From Chiloscyllium plagiosum (taxonomy: Eukaryota), in assembly GCF_004010195.1 (NCBI RefSeq), contig NC_057749.1:8063901-8127900 (forward strand): a stretch of DNA of 64,000 nucleotides, read 5' to 3'. A program made the position numbers and the translations under genes. Within the stretch, counting starts at the first letter, position 1. Every line of letters starts with the position of its first letter. The notes beneath the pieces were generated by a model, which worked only from the letters and a program-made list of their open reading frames with translations, was not told where the DNA came from and ran no database searches. Shown in pieces: positions 23,437 to 36,224 of the stretch.

Positions 23437-23782
23437 GGAGGTGACGGCCGAGTGATATTTTTGCTGGACTGTTAATCCAGAGACCCAATGAATGTTCCAA
23501 GGACCTGGGTTCAAATCCAGCCATGGCAGATGGTGGAATTTGAATTCAATAATTTGGAAATGAGACTCCAATGACGACCATGAATCCAGTGTTGGAAAAA
23601 CCCATCTGGTTCACTAATGCCCCTAAGGAAGGAAACCGTTATCCTTACCTGGTCTGGTCTAAAGTGACTCCAGACACATAGCAATGTGGTTTACACTTAA
23701 CTGCCCACTGGGCCATTAAGGATGGACAATAAATGCTGGCTTAGCCATCAATTCCCTTGTCTCATGAATGAATGAAAAAAAA
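23437..23782 (+). mobile_element. SINE family 2, full length (best copy)
   Basis: A-box-like 'ggccgagtg', B-box 'ggttcaaatcc', body 'ccttacctggtctgg...gtgactccagacacatagcaatgtgg', tail 'ggatggacaataaatgctggc...gaatgaatgaaaaaaa'. Confidence 0.85.
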
Positions 23783-24194
23783 GACAGTTGTCCCAGGCTT
23801 ACCACCTACCAATGGCACATGCTGGAACCATTTACAGGATGATACTCAGCCTCTTTTGTCACATCATGTGTTGACTTCCCATGGCTATCAAATCCCAGAG
23901 TGAGATTCGGACCTTGAGCATCTGGCTTAGAGACAAAGATACTAACTACTGAACTGTAGCATCTCTGTATGCCAGAGTGCCAGTGGACTCAGAGATGTGA
24001 TTGGCTTGCCAACCCATCATTGAATCTGTTGATTAAACCTTTGGAAAGTATTTCTGAGCCTCTCACTTGAGTGAACAGCTTCTTCATCTTACATCTTCAG
24101 CTGTGCCTCAATGGTCATGTAATTTAAGAAAAGTGCAGTACATTTAAATATCAGAGAGGATGATGGTAAAATGGCACTGTATGTTGGAGCAGGT

Positions 24195-24600
24195 CATAGA
24201 GTCATAGAGCGATGCAGCACAAAACAGTCCCTTTGGTCCAACCATGCTGAACATAATTCCAAACTAAACTAGTCCCACCTGACTATTCCCAGCCCATATC
24301 CCTCCAAACTCTTCCTATTAATGTATCTATCCATATGTCTTATAAATGCTGTAACTGTACCTATATCCTCCACTTCATCAGGAAGCTCATTCCACAATTG
24401 AACTACCCTCTGTGTAAAACATTTGCCTCTATGTCCTTTTAAAATCTTTCTCCTCTCACCTTAAAGATGTGCCCACTTGTCTTGAAATTCCCCATCTTAG
24501 GGACAAGACAACTACCATTAACCCTCTCATTATTTTATAAACTTCTATCAAGTCACCTCTCAATCTCCTACGCTCCAGTGAAAAAAGTCCCAGCCTAAGC
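24195..24600 (-). mobile_element. CR1/HER1-type LINE 3' fragment
   Basis: 'tcatagagtcatagag' terminal repeats and CR1 ORF2 end on the minus strand. Confidence 0.85.
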
Positions 24601-25185
24601 TCAAGCCTCAGTTTTAAACATACCCACCCTGTGGAATTGGTGTGGGGAGGGAAAAGGTCAACTACTATTCATAACACTTACTAGTGGCAAAGAGAAGGAA
24701 CCTTTCAGCACCAGAAACATATTGGTTAAAAAATCTTGCTGGTTTAATCACAGGAATCCATTGGCTGTACAATGGAAAGGTTTCAAGGTTGTAATTTGTC
24801 TGCTTACAAGTTTTTTTTTACAGCGCCAAACTGTGAAGGCATCATCGGCTAAACATCTGGGAAGCAATTTACATTTTCCGAACTGATTTATACATTGAGC
24901 AGACAACCAGCTAACATAAATAAATTCAGACTTTGCTGACAGCAATAGTGACAGTCACAGATGGGACTCGGTGTGGCTGGATCCCTCAATGCGCAGTTAC
25001 CAGTGTAATATGAGGGCATGCCAAGCTTCGAACATAATCTATGATAATGAAAAGTTACAATTTGAAATTGTCAGAAAGCGTTACTCTCCTTGAACGTCTC
25101 ATGTTGAATCTCCCTTCAGGCAACCCAGCAACTGATTTTAAGATCCTGCTGCTTAAAGATAATAGGAACCCAGGAGAGGCACCAG

Positions 25186-25188
<3 letters not shown>

Positions 25189-25218
<30 letters not shown>
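25189..25218. repeat. (TC)n microsatellite
   Basis: About 15 perfect TC units. Confidence 0.95.
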
Positions 25219-25221
<3 letters not shown>

Positions 25222-25899
25222 CTCTTTCTCTCTACCTCATTGTTTTTGTCAGATTGGCACTGCAATTTTTTTATGTTAACTCGAAAAGCGACTAGATACA
25301 ACTGTTTTCCACCCAGGGATCTAACAGGTAATTCAGCTGAAACTGGGAATCTTTTCTGGCTGTCACAGGTAGCACCCCACTCTCCCCCAGTTTGTTGGTA
25401 AGGTGTTCAACCAACACTTGAAAGTAACAGGGAGAAACATCAGCAGGTATTTTCGTCAAGGATCTGGAAAGCTTACCCACTCTGCCTTGTGGCCGTGTGC
25501 ACCATGTGTTTTTCTCTCATCTGGCTCGCGCAGTATTGGGTGTCTCTAAGAGGCTGCAAGCTCCAGGCAGTTGTCACTTCTCTTCCAAGTCAAGGGAAGA
25601 CAAAGTGGAATGATGCAGAGGGTGGTACTCAGATTTTCCAAGCAGTGTTTGGTTCATGTAGCCCATGAACAAATTGGTCACGCATTGGTCACCCTGAGTT
25701 GTCAGGTTTGCCTTTCATAAGAATCGAAGAAATAAGGAACAGGAGGAAGCCGTTTGTCCCCTCGGGCCTGCTCTGCCAATCATAGTTGATCCAACATTCC
25801 TCACGTCCACTTTCCTGCTCTCTCTCTGTATCCGTCAATTCCCCTGCTTTGCAAGAATCTATCTACAGTGGCTCCAGAGCCAGGTGAATCTCATTGAGC

Positions 25900-26080
25900 C
25901 CAAAGGTGTGCAGGTTAGGTGAATTGGCCATGTTAAATTGCCCATAGAGTTAGGTGCATTAGGCAGGGGTATATATGGGGAATGGGTCTGGGTGGGTTAC
26001 TCTTCAATGGGTCAGTGTGGACTTGTTGAGCTGAAGGGCCTATTTCCACACTGTAAGGAATCAAATCTAATCTAATCAAA
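25900..26080 (+). mobile_element. HE1 SINE 3' half
   Basis: 'gtgcaggttaggtgaattggccatg...gggcctatttccacactgtaag...(tctaa)n'. Confidence 0.85.
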
Positions 26081-26199
26081 TCCCTGATTGAGGCGGGGGG
26101 GGGGGGTAACCTCAGGGAGAACTGGCTGACAGATATAAACAGAAAATTCAGATGGTCTCTTCAGTCTAAGGATGCCACTTTTACCTAGTTATTATCGGG

Positions 26200-27220
26200 A
26201 CTAGGGAGGGGTCACCGAACTCAAAACATGAACTCTGCTTTCTCTCCCTTTTCCCTCCCACAGCAGCTATAGGGTTCCTCGTCCTTAGCTACCCATTCCA
26301 CCAGCTTCCACATCCAGAGGAACTTCAGACACCATTTCTGCCAATGACCAGCGAGATGCCACCACCAGACACATATTTCCAACCCCTCCCCCACCTTTTC
26401 TGTCTCACTTTCCACAGGGGCCGTTCCCTCTGAGACACCCTGGTCCACTCCTCCTTTACTCCCAACACGCTTCTGATGGCACCTTCCCTTGTAATCGCGA
26501 AGGTGTAACACCTGCCCATTTACCTACTCCTTCCTCACTATCCAGGGACCCAAACACACCTTCCAGGTGAAGCAGCACTTTAGGTGCACTTTCCACAATC
26601 TAGTCGACTGCATTCACTGCAACGGGGGGGAAAAGAAGGGTAGACTGGGTAACCACTTCGCAGAATGCCCACGTTCTGTCCGCAAAAATCACCCTGAGCT
26701 TCCAGTTGTCTGCCACTTCAACACACCACCTTGGTCACCATCTCTGTCTCAGGCTTGCTGCAGTGCCCCAGTTAAGCTCAGCTCAAGTTGGAAGAACAGG
26801 ACTTCATTTTCCATTTGAGGACCCTGCAGCCTGCTGGACTCAATACTGAGTTCAATAATTTTAGGGCTTGAACTCTTCTATATCCCAGCCCCCAACCCCA
26901 CACACCAGCCGTTATGATCACCTAGTCTGCTGTTACACAACCCATTGTCAGCCACGAACAGTCTCCATTAACAGCTATTCACCCTCCTAGGCTGATCATT
27001 ATCCAGTCCTTTGTCTGTCCAACTCTTCTTCTCTCTCTTTGGGGTCAATCCAACCTGTTGTTTATACCCTCCCACACCCTCTCTTCTTGCATAAAACCAA
27101 CTTTTTCTGAGCTACCATCAGTTCTGAGGTAGGATCACCAAACCTGCAACGTTAACTCCGATTTCTCATCACAGATGCTGCCAAACCTGCTGAGCTTTTC
27201 CAACCATTTCTGTTTTTGTT
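26200..27220 (+). mobile_element. Penelope-like element 3' part (GIY-YIG endonuclease remnant and family-C terminus)
   Basis: 'FQVKQHFRCTFHNLVDCIHC...RLGNHFAECPRSVRKNHPELPVVCHFN' is a PLE GIY-YIG domain. It ends with a decayed hammerhead 'ctgaggtaggatcaccaaacctgcaacgttaac' and 'cagatgctgccaaacctgctgagc'. Confidence 0.88.
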
Positions 27221-27519
27221 ACTCTGTGAGGGTCAGTTGACTCACCTGTCTGGCTGACTAGTGAGTAACAGCGTGGATGTAATTCCTGCACTACTGAGGT
27301 TACTATGAAGGATTCTCCTTCTCTAACCCTACGCTCACCTATGGTGTGGTGATCTTCAGGTTAAATCACTGACAGTTGTCTCTCTCTGATAAGAGATCAG
27401 CCTTATGGTCTCCCAGGGCTAGGATGACTTTATTCAGAGTATTGTGGGAGGGCTGCACTGCTTATCAAGTGAGATGTTGAACTGAGGCCCTCTCAGGTTG
27501 ATATCAATCACTCCAAGCA

Positions 27520-27645
27520 GCTCTGAAGAAACGTCATACTACACTCAAACCATTAAATTCTGTTCCTCTCTCTCTCTCTGCAAGTGCTGCCAGACCTGCT
27601 GAGTTTCTCCAGCATTCTCGATGTTTGTTTCAGATCTTCAGCGCT
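27520..27645 (+). mobile_element. PLE family-C terminus
   Basis: 'ctctgaagaaacgtcatactacactcaaaccattaa...gctgccagacctgctgagtttctccagc'. Confidence 0.65.
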
Positions 27646-28379
27646 TTTCCTTTTACATTATTGCAAACCTCTTTGTTTTCTCTGTAACTTTACAGCACAA
27701 GATGCAGAACAGCAAAGACTATTTAAACAGCTGCACAGGCAGAATAAACCAGCAGAATTTTCATCCCTTCACCCCCTGCACATGTTATCCCTGTAAACCA
27801 GCTTGCTGGAAAGTGATTGGGAGGTGTCCTATTTCCTGATGCCAATTCTTTTGGGTTAAACATGACAGGTTTCTTTTCTGCTTTCGATGCAGTCAGGCAT
27901 CTGTGCCTCTTCTGTCGGAGTCGGTGGGAGAATGTTTTGGTTCTGTGGGATGCAGCAGTGTCAGATTCTCCCCCAAGGATCTGCTCAAGGTGAACACAAG
28001 TAAACAGCAGTCACTCTGAATGCCATGGACAGAGTACAGTCCATCTGGTAACAATGTGCAATGAAGTTTAATAACCCCACCAGGTCACTCGAGGTAGACA
28101 AATCTTCCATTACCTTTGATACAAACAATTAGAACCCATACTGATGTCAAACTGAATGCAAATGTCTATCAGAATTATTTTTCTCACTGAGAGCTGAATT
28201 TGAAATCAAAACACAAGTGCTAACAGTAACAATTCCTCTTTTAATGGGCATATCAGTAAGTGCGGTCGAGACTATCCTGTCCTGACACAAGCTTAGTGTT
28301 CATCTCAGGAAACATGGAACTTCCCACTGGGCACAACGTTGGCTGTAAGTGCAGAAAACCAAGACATATATTGAACAGC

Positions 28380-28910
28380 ACATTAGTTAGGCCACTTCTG
28401 GAGAACTATATCCAGTTCTCATCGCCCTGTTAGAGAAAGGATATTGTTAGAGAGGGCGGAGAAAAGACTTACCAGGACATTACTGGGATTTGAGGGTTTG
28501 AGTCATAAGGAGAGACTGGATAGTCTGGGACATTTTTCCTTGGAATGGAGGAGGTTCAGGAGTGACCTTATCAAGCTTTATAAGATCGTGAGGGGCATAG
28601 GTAAGGTGAACAGCAAAATGCAAACCTAGAGGGCATAGGTTAAGGTGAGTAGGGGCAGGTTTAAAAGGGACTGGGGGGGTAACATTTTCACACAGGGCAA
28701 GTATGGAATGATTTGCCACAGGAAGTGGTCGAAGCAGGTACAATTACAGCATCTAAAAGACATTTGGACAGGTACATTGATTAGGAAAGCTTTAGAAGGA
28801 TACTGGCCAAATGCAGGCACATGAGACGAGTTCAGTTTAAGGATCCGGGTCAGCATGGACAAGTTGGACCGAAGGGTCTGTTTTCATATTGCATGATTCT
28901 CTGATTCCAG
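28380..28910 (+). mobile_element. CR1/HER1-type LINE 3' fragment
   Basis: 'LERAEKRLTRTLLGFEGLSHKERLDSLGHFSLEWRRFRSDLIKLYKIVRG'; tail 'gttggaccgaagggtctg'. Confidence 0.9.
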
Positions 28911-29533
28911 AATTCATGAGGCTAAAGAAATGCAACTGATGGAGCCGGCAGCATCGAGCCACGTCGGTGATAATGTTTTTCGTTCTGTCTTGACATTTTG
29001 AATTGGTGATTTACTGGGTTTGCGGTACTGTCCTTTACTTAACCCATGTTAGCTCCAAGACAGAGTGAAGGAGTCTCTGGTTGGGATGGAAAGAGAGAAA
29101 ATGACTGTATGCTTTCACTTCCCTTGTTGATTGACACTTCTTTTTTGCTCTACATCTCAACAGCAAACTAGCTGGAATTAATGACCCTCAACGCAGTCAA
29201 GGCTGATGCTTTTAGTTTAATGTTTGTATTTGAGAGCAGAAGGTAAATTCATTTGTCCCTCTACCTACAGTATGCAAACATGATTGATTCTTTGGAACTT
29301 GAAGGAATGGTGCTGGGATTTGTTTGTCTGAACTGCTGTAAGGCAGTGACACACAGACTGCTGTCTCCTGAATGATCATGTGAAAAATTAGGGTCAATGT
29401 GTAGATGTGCAGACGTTCATTAGATCACGATAAATTAATGGCTGAAATATGAGAGGTAAAAGTACTTAGCTTTTATACATAGTCAGATCAGTCCCATACA
29501 TCCAAAATTTTAACCAGTTGCCATCTGATATTT

Positions 29534-30720
29534 AGAGTTTTAGTGTCATAAACATGGAAACAGACCCCACAGTCCAACTCGTCCATGGTGATATCTCAAA
29601 CCAATTTAGTCCCATTTGCCGGCCTTTGGCCCATATCCCTCACTTTTGGAATACTGCGTTCAATTCTGGTCTCACTCCTATAGGAAGGATGTTGTGAAAC
29701 TTGAAAGGGTGCAGAAAAGATTTATAAGGATGTTGCCAGGCTTGGAGGGTTTGAGCTATAGGGAGAGGCTGAATAGGCTGGGGCTGTTTTCCCAGAAGAG
29801 TCGGAGAATGAGGGGTGACCTTCTAAAGGTTTTGAAAGTGGTAAGGGTTTTTGACAAGAGCACATAGAGATAGTTTGTATCCACTGATAAGGGGTGGAGG
29901 GATCAACAACTCAAAGGATATAAGTTTGTATAATATTGACAAAAGAAATACCAGAGGGAGATAACATTTTTCTTTGGTTTAAAATGTACAACTTTGGTGG
30001 TGATAGAAGAGTTAATTGGATAAATTATTAACAAGCAAAGGGCACAGGGTATTGGGAAAGGTATAAGGGCATGGGACTAATTAGATAGCTCTTTCAAAGA
30101 TGGGCCAAAAGGCATCCTTCTATGCAGTATTTCCAGATTTCCCACAGAGACTATCTTACTTTTATTGGTCAGTGCATTGAGTATAGGAGTTGGGAGGTCA
30201 TGTTGAAGCTGTACAGGACATTGGTTAGGCCACTTTTGGAATACTGCATTCAATTCTAGTCTCCTGCTATAAGAGAGATGTTGTTAAACTTGAATGGGTG
30301 CAGATGAGATTTACAAGAATGTTGCCAAGGCTGAAGGGTTTGAGCTATAGGGAGAGGCCGAACAGGCTGGGGCTGTTTTCCCCGGAGTTGCAGAAGCTGA
30401 GGGGTGACCTTATAGAGATTTCTAAAATCATGAGGGGCATTGGTAGAGTCCAAAACTAGAGGGCATAGGTTTAAGGTGAGAGGTGAAAGATTTAAAAGGG
30501 TCCTAAGGGTGCGTGTAAGGAATGAGCTGCCAGCGGATGTGATGGAGGCTGGTACAATTACAACATTTAAAAGGCGTTTGGATGGATATATGAATAGGAA
30601 GGGTTGAGAGGGATATGGGCCAAATGCTGGCAAATGGGACTAAGTTAGTTTGAGATATCACCATGGACGAGTTGGACTTTGAGGTCGGTTTCCGTGCTGT
30701 ACAACTCTATGACTCTATAA
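29534..30720 (+). mobile_element. Rearranged CR1 LINE fragments inside a local inverted duplication
   Basis: 'LEYCVQFWSHSYRKDVVKLERVQKRFIRMLPGLEGLSYRERLNRLGLFS' at 29641-29850, a second copy at 30165-30720, and an inverted tail at 29534-29641. Confidence 0.85.
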
Positions 30721-30914
30721 TTCGAAATATGAGACGGCAATTGGTTAAAATTTTGGATGTATGGGACTGATCCCTCGTTCCTCTCTGCTCTAAGCTTAAT
30801 TCATGTTTCCCCAGCCTTTCAAATTAGATTAGCCCTAGAGCAATCACTGGTCTTTGTTTTTGCATTACCTCAACAAAATTATTGCCTTAGACATAGCCAT
30901 CATCATTTGCTAGG

Positions 30915-31385
30915 ATGATCCCTGCTACAGGGGAGATTGTCTTTATGAGCAAAAGCTAAACAGGTTGGGTCTCTACTCGCTGGAGTTTAGAAGAATGAGA
31001 GGTGATCCCATTAAACATTTGGGATTCTTAAGGACCCTGACAGGGTAAATGCTGAATGGGGATTTCCCCTCATGGGAAGAGTCTAGGACCAGAAGACCTC
31101 TCTCAGAATAAAGGACAACAATTTAAGACAGAGGTGAGGAGGAATTTCTTCTCTCAGAGTTTTTGGAGTTCCTTGCCACAGGGAGCTGTGGGGCAGAAGT
31201 CCTTGTGTATACCTAAGGCCACGACAGAGAGATTATTGATCAGTTGGGGAATCAAGGGATACGGGGAGAGGGCAGGAAAGTAGATGTGAGGGATGTCAGA
31301 TCACCCATGATCCTTTTGAAGGCTGGAGAAGGGTTGAAGGACCAAATGGCCTACTCCTGTTTCTATTTGTTATGGTCTTATGGGA
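30915..31385 (+). mobile_element. CR1 LINE 3' fragment
   Basis: 'KGQQFKTEVRRNFFSQ..WSSLPQ'; tail 'ggaccaaatggcctactcctg'. Confidence 0.85.
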
Positions 31386-31549
31386 CAAGTTCAGTTTACT
31401 TCATGCAGAAATGATGCACAAATTAATCATGCTGATTATTGGAAAACCTTTCTCAATCTACTGTATCAGTTAGCTCCCCTTTCTTGTTGCATTCCTGCAG
31501 TGCCCTTCCCCATTGAAACCATGGGGAGCTACATGGAGTACATAAACTA

Positions 31550-33120
31550 TAGAACATAGAACATTACAGCGGAGTACAGGCCCTTCGGCCTTCAATGTTG
31601 CGCTGACCTGTGAAACCAATCTGAAGCCCTTCTAACCGACACTATTCTATCTTCGCCCATATGTCTATCCAATGACCATTTAAATACCCTTAAAGTTGGT
31701 GAGTCTACTACTGTTGCAGGCAGAGCATTCCATGCCTCTACTACTCTCTGAGTAAAGAAACTACCTCTGATATCTGCATTATAACTATCACCCCTCAATT
31801 TAAAGCTATGCCCCCTCGTACTAGCCATCACCATCCCAGGAAAAGGCTCTGAACATCCACCCTATCTAACCCTCTGATTATCTTATATGTCTCAATTAAA
31901 TCACCTCTCAACCCTCTCTCTGACAAAAACAGCTTCAAGTCCCTCACCCTTTCCTCGTAAGACCTACCCTCCATACCAGGCAACATCCTAGTAAATCTCC
32001 TCTGCACCCTTTCCAAAGCTTCCATTTCCTTCCTATAATGTGGCGATCAGAACTGCATGCAATACTCCAAGTGCGGCTGCACCACAGTTTTGTACAGCTG
32101 CAGCATGACCTCATAGTTCCAAAACTGAATGCCCCTACTAAAAAAATCTAATACCATGTAAGCCTTCTTAACAACCCTATCAACCTGGGTGGCAACTTTT
32201 AAGGATCTACCTCCATAGACACCAGGAACTCTCTGCTCATCTACACTACCAAAAATCTTTCCCTTAGCCCAGTATTCTGCATTCCTGTTGCTCCTGAATC
32301 ACCTCATACTTTTCTGCTTTAAACTCCATTTGCCCCAGCTCTGCAGCTTATCTATATCCCACATAACCTGCTACATCCTTCTGCACTATCCACAACTCTA
32401 CTGACCTTAGTAACATCTGCAAATTTGCTAACCCATCCTTCTATGCCCTCATCCAGGTCATTTGTAAAAATGACAAACAGCAGTGAACTCAAAACAGATC
32501 CTTACGGTACACGACTAGTAACTGAACTCCAGGATGAACATTTCCAATAAACCACCACCCTCTGTCTTCTTTCAGCTAGCCAATTTCCGATCCAAACTGC
32601 CAAATCACCCTCAATCCCATGCCTCCAGATTTTGTACAATAGCCTACTGTGGGGAACCTTATCAAACGCCTTCCTGAAATCCATATACATCACATCAACT
32701 GCTTTACCCTCATCTACCTGTTTGGTCACCTTCTTAAAAAACTCAATAAGGTTCCCAAAAGGCCTACCCTTCACAAAACTGTGTAGATTATCCCTAATCA
32801 ACTTATTCCTTTCTTGGTTATTATAAATCTATCTCTTACCCAACACTTTGCCCAAAACTGAAGTAAGGCTCACTGGTCTATAATTGCCAGGGCTGTCTCT
32901 ATTCCCCTTTTTGAACAAGGAAACAAGATTTACTATCATCAAGACTTCTGGCACTATTTCTGTAGCCACTGATGACATAAGAATCAAAGCCAAAGGCTCT
33001 GCAATCTCCTCCATGGATTCCCAGAGAATCCTAGGATAAATTCCATCTGGCTCAGGGGACATATCTATTTTTTACATTTTCCAGACTTACTAACACCTCC
33101 TCCTCGTGAACCTCAATCCC
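31550..33120 (-). mobile_element. CR1 LINE, ~1.6 kb 5'-truncated copy with degenerate RT
   Basis: 'PEPDGIYPRIL', 'GNYRPVSLTSVLGK', 'YMDFRKAFDKVPH', 'LERVQRRFTRMLPG', 'FFTQRVVEAWNALP'; (tagaaca)n terminal repeats at 31550. Confidence 0.95.
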
Positions 33121-33592
33121 AGGAAGTTCATTCCACACACGAGCCACCCTCTGTGTAATAAACTCCCCTCCTCTCATCTTAAAAATATGCCCCAGTCTTA
33201 AAATCCCTCATGCTAAGAAAAAGACAATTACCACTAAATCTAACCATGCCTCTCATTAATTAATAAACTTCTATAAGGTCACCTTCATTCTCCTATACAG
33301 TAGTGAAAAAGTCCTAGCCTATCCAGCCTTTCTTTATAACTCAAACCCTCCATACCCAGCAACATCCTGGTAAATCTCTTCTGAACCCTCTCCAGTTTAA
33401 TAATATCCTTCCTATAACTGGGTGACCAAAAGTGGACACAGTATTCTTTGGACTTCGGGAAGAAACCAGAGCATCGGAGGAAACCCATGAAGACATAGGG
33501 GGAACATGCAAACTCCACACAGGCAGTCACCAGGGGCTGGCATCGAAGCCAGGCCCCTGGCTGTGAGGTGACAGTGCTAACCACTGAGCCAC
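33121..33592 (-). mobile_element. CR1 fragment (33121-33445) abutting HE1 SINE 5' half (33445-33592)
   Basis: Chimeric ORF 33285-33584: HE1-derived N-terminus followed by 'EYCVHFWSPSYRKDIIKLERVQKRF'. Confidence 0.85.
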
Positions 33593-34364
33593 CTATTTGT
33601 GAAATGTGCCTTGTTCCTTTTCACCCTTCTTTCAAACTCCCAAGAGCCATTGACATTGTCGGGCATCAGTCAACCTATCCTCTATCCATGATGTACACAC
33701 TTATCCTCAGTCAGTTGATAATGGCTGGATATATACAAGAAAGAATTGCATTTATTTCTTTTAGCTCTTTATTATGAATGCTGCAAATACCAGTCCTGTT
33801 CAAACATTTCTTCAGTAGGGTGCATTCATAAAATATGTGATAAGAAATAAGACACTTGACAGCCTTCATTATACAGAAATGTAAATTTTGAGTTTTTCAC
33901 CTGACACTTTTGATAACACTATCTGCATGCATTATACAGGCCCATATCAATTATCTACCCAGAATTATTTTTTTTCCAATCTTGTCAGAAAACATAGAAA
34001 AAGATAATAATGGATTAGAACTGGCAGTACAATATCATTGCTAGTTTGGCAGTGTTGTCAAACCTTTATATTGGGTACTCTGTTATTTTGCTTAAAACAC
34101 TTGCATCTAAGTGAGCTTAATTTTGTAACGTGGAGTGTTAAGTGAACTTGATGCTCCTTCTTGGTTACAGAGACCATGGTTTGTTTTTTTTCACTCTTCC
34201 AGTGACTGCACCAAAATAGCAACAACTTTTGTTCAGATATTTTTTCACATGTAAAAATGTCCCAATGTGCTTCGGAGAAAGGTAACCCATAATAAGCAAG
34301 AGGAGATATGAAGACATGGCCAAAACATTTTGCCAAAGAAGTGGGGTTTAAATTCAAAGGAAAA

Positions 34365-34890
34365 AGAACACTATAGCATAGGAACAGGCCCTTCGGCCCT
34401 GTAAGCCTGTGTTGTCACATTTTGCCCTTCCATACTCAAACTGTCTTCACTTATAGGATCCATATCCCTCTATTCCCTTCCGGGTCATGTATTCATCGAG
34501 GTACTTTTTGAATGCTGTATCGTGTCTGCTCTCACCACCTCCTCTGGCTATGCGTTCCAGGCACTCACCACCCTTTATGTGAAAAACATGCCTCACATAT
34601 CTCTTTTCAACTACAACCCCCACCCCCACCCTCCCAAAGCCACACCTTGAACCTGTGTCCTCGAGTGATTGACCACTCCACCTTGGGAAAAAGCCTCATT
34701 ATTTCCACTCTATCCATGCCATTCACAATCCTATAAACTTCTATCAGGTTGCCCCTCAACCTCCTGCGTTCCAGTGAAAACAAACCCAATCTATACAACC
34801 TTTCTTCATAGCTAAAGTCCCCCATATCAGACAACATCCTGGTAAATCTTTTCTGTACCCTTTTCAAAGCATTTTCACATCCTTCTGGTA
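34365..34890 (-). mobile_element. CR1 LINE 3' fragment
   Basis: 'KRVQKRFTRMLSDMGDFSYEERLYRLGLFSLERRRLRGNLIEVY'. Confidence 0.9.
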
Positions 34891-35256
34891 GTCTTCATGT
34901 AAAATAAAGGAGAGATTTTAGATGGAGTTTCCAGCACCTTGGGCTCAGATGACTAAAGACACAATTACCAAGAGTAACGAATATTCCTCACTGAGCGTAT
35001 TTTCTACAGTGTGGTTGGCGTGTGAAATTCCACTCTGGGTGGAGTGATGGAGGCAATAATCTCAAATGAAATAGGTAGACACAGAGTTAAGGCTCCAAGG
35101 CATTTATAGGAAGGGGACTGGGAACACATTGTTGAGTCAGGTCTGTCTCTCAAATCCATTGGTCATGAAGACATCACATGAGGACTTTTCTCTGACCTGA
35201 CAGAAGATACTTATCCTACACTAGGCACTGGATAAAAAGTATCCATGTAAGCCTTG

Positions 35257-36152
35257 GGTGAAGATGCAATGGCTTTAAGGGCAGCACAGTAGCACAGTGG
35301 TTAGCACTGCTGCCTCACAGCGCCAGAGACCTGGGTTCAATTCCCACCTCAGGCAACTGTCTGTGTGGAGTTTGCACATTCTGAGCGGGTTTCCTCTGGG
35401 TGCTCCGGTTTCCTCCCACAGTCCAAAAGTGTGCAGGTTAGGTGAATCGGCTGGGCTAAATTGCCCATAGTGTTAGGGGTAGGGGTGGGTTGCTCTTCGG
35501 AGGTCGGTGTGGACTTGTTGGGCTGTAAGTAATCTAATCACGAGATGTATTTCATCCTGGTTTATTTTGAAGAGAGGTTGTAAACAGGAGCTATAGAGCT
35601 GTCTGTTGAAAGCCAATAAAGTAAACAGCTTGGGAGGCGTTGGGTTTTTATTCATATCGGAACAATAGAAGCAGACTGAATGGCTGGGGCAAGCTTCCAC
35701 AGAACCAGGATTTTTAGTTTGTTTTAGTTTGTCTGTAGCAGTTGTTGCTGTGGTGTTGAAGATGTGGACGTAACTTTCTCTCTCTCTCAGTTACAGCTAC
35801 TTCCTAATGCTGGAGTTGCATGTGAGACAATCTGTTTTACAGAATGTGCCTTTTGCCAAGGGTGTGTTTATGGGATGTTACTATATTGGAACAGTTGCTG
35901 TTTAGTCATGAAATAATGTATTATTCTGTTAAATTTTCCAGTCAACGTAAGGTATTCCCATTTCTTCTTTCTTTTGTTGTACTTTAACTGTACTGTATGA
36001 ATAATGTGTATTTTGCTTCAAGACTGGTAGTTTGACCAATTCAATTGCATCCAGAATGCAATGCCTAGCACTTGCCTTTACAATTAAAAAAAGGTTAGGG
36101 TCTAGGCTAACTTCTTCATATATTTTGAGAGGGTTTGGTCTTGTCCATAATA
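35257..36152 (+). mobile_element. Probable solo LTR interrupted by an HE1 SINE
   Basis: Non-coding block beginning 'gtgaagatgcaatggctttaag', continuing after the SINE and ending 'ggtcttgtccataata' (degenerate TG...CA ends). The LTR call rests on recalled resemblance to shark LTR-like repeats and is not verified. Confidence 0.4.
35279..35540 (+). mobile_element. HE1 SINE
   Basis: HE1 head, V-domain and 'gtaagtaatctaatc' end. Confidence 0.92.
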
Positions 36153-36224
36153 CTCTTCCACCTTCAATGATAAATAGTCAAAACTATCTGGATCATTTGG
36201 GCAAACATTGCTGACTGTCAGAAT

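Noticed and set aside
27893..27990. AG/GT-bounded plus-strand segment open in all three frames
   Set aside because: No frame resembles a known protein and the donor (gtgaac) is weak.
33285..33584. HE1-CR1 fusion ORF as a new chimeric gene
   Set aside because: It is a chance in-frame junction of two dead repeats, seen only once.
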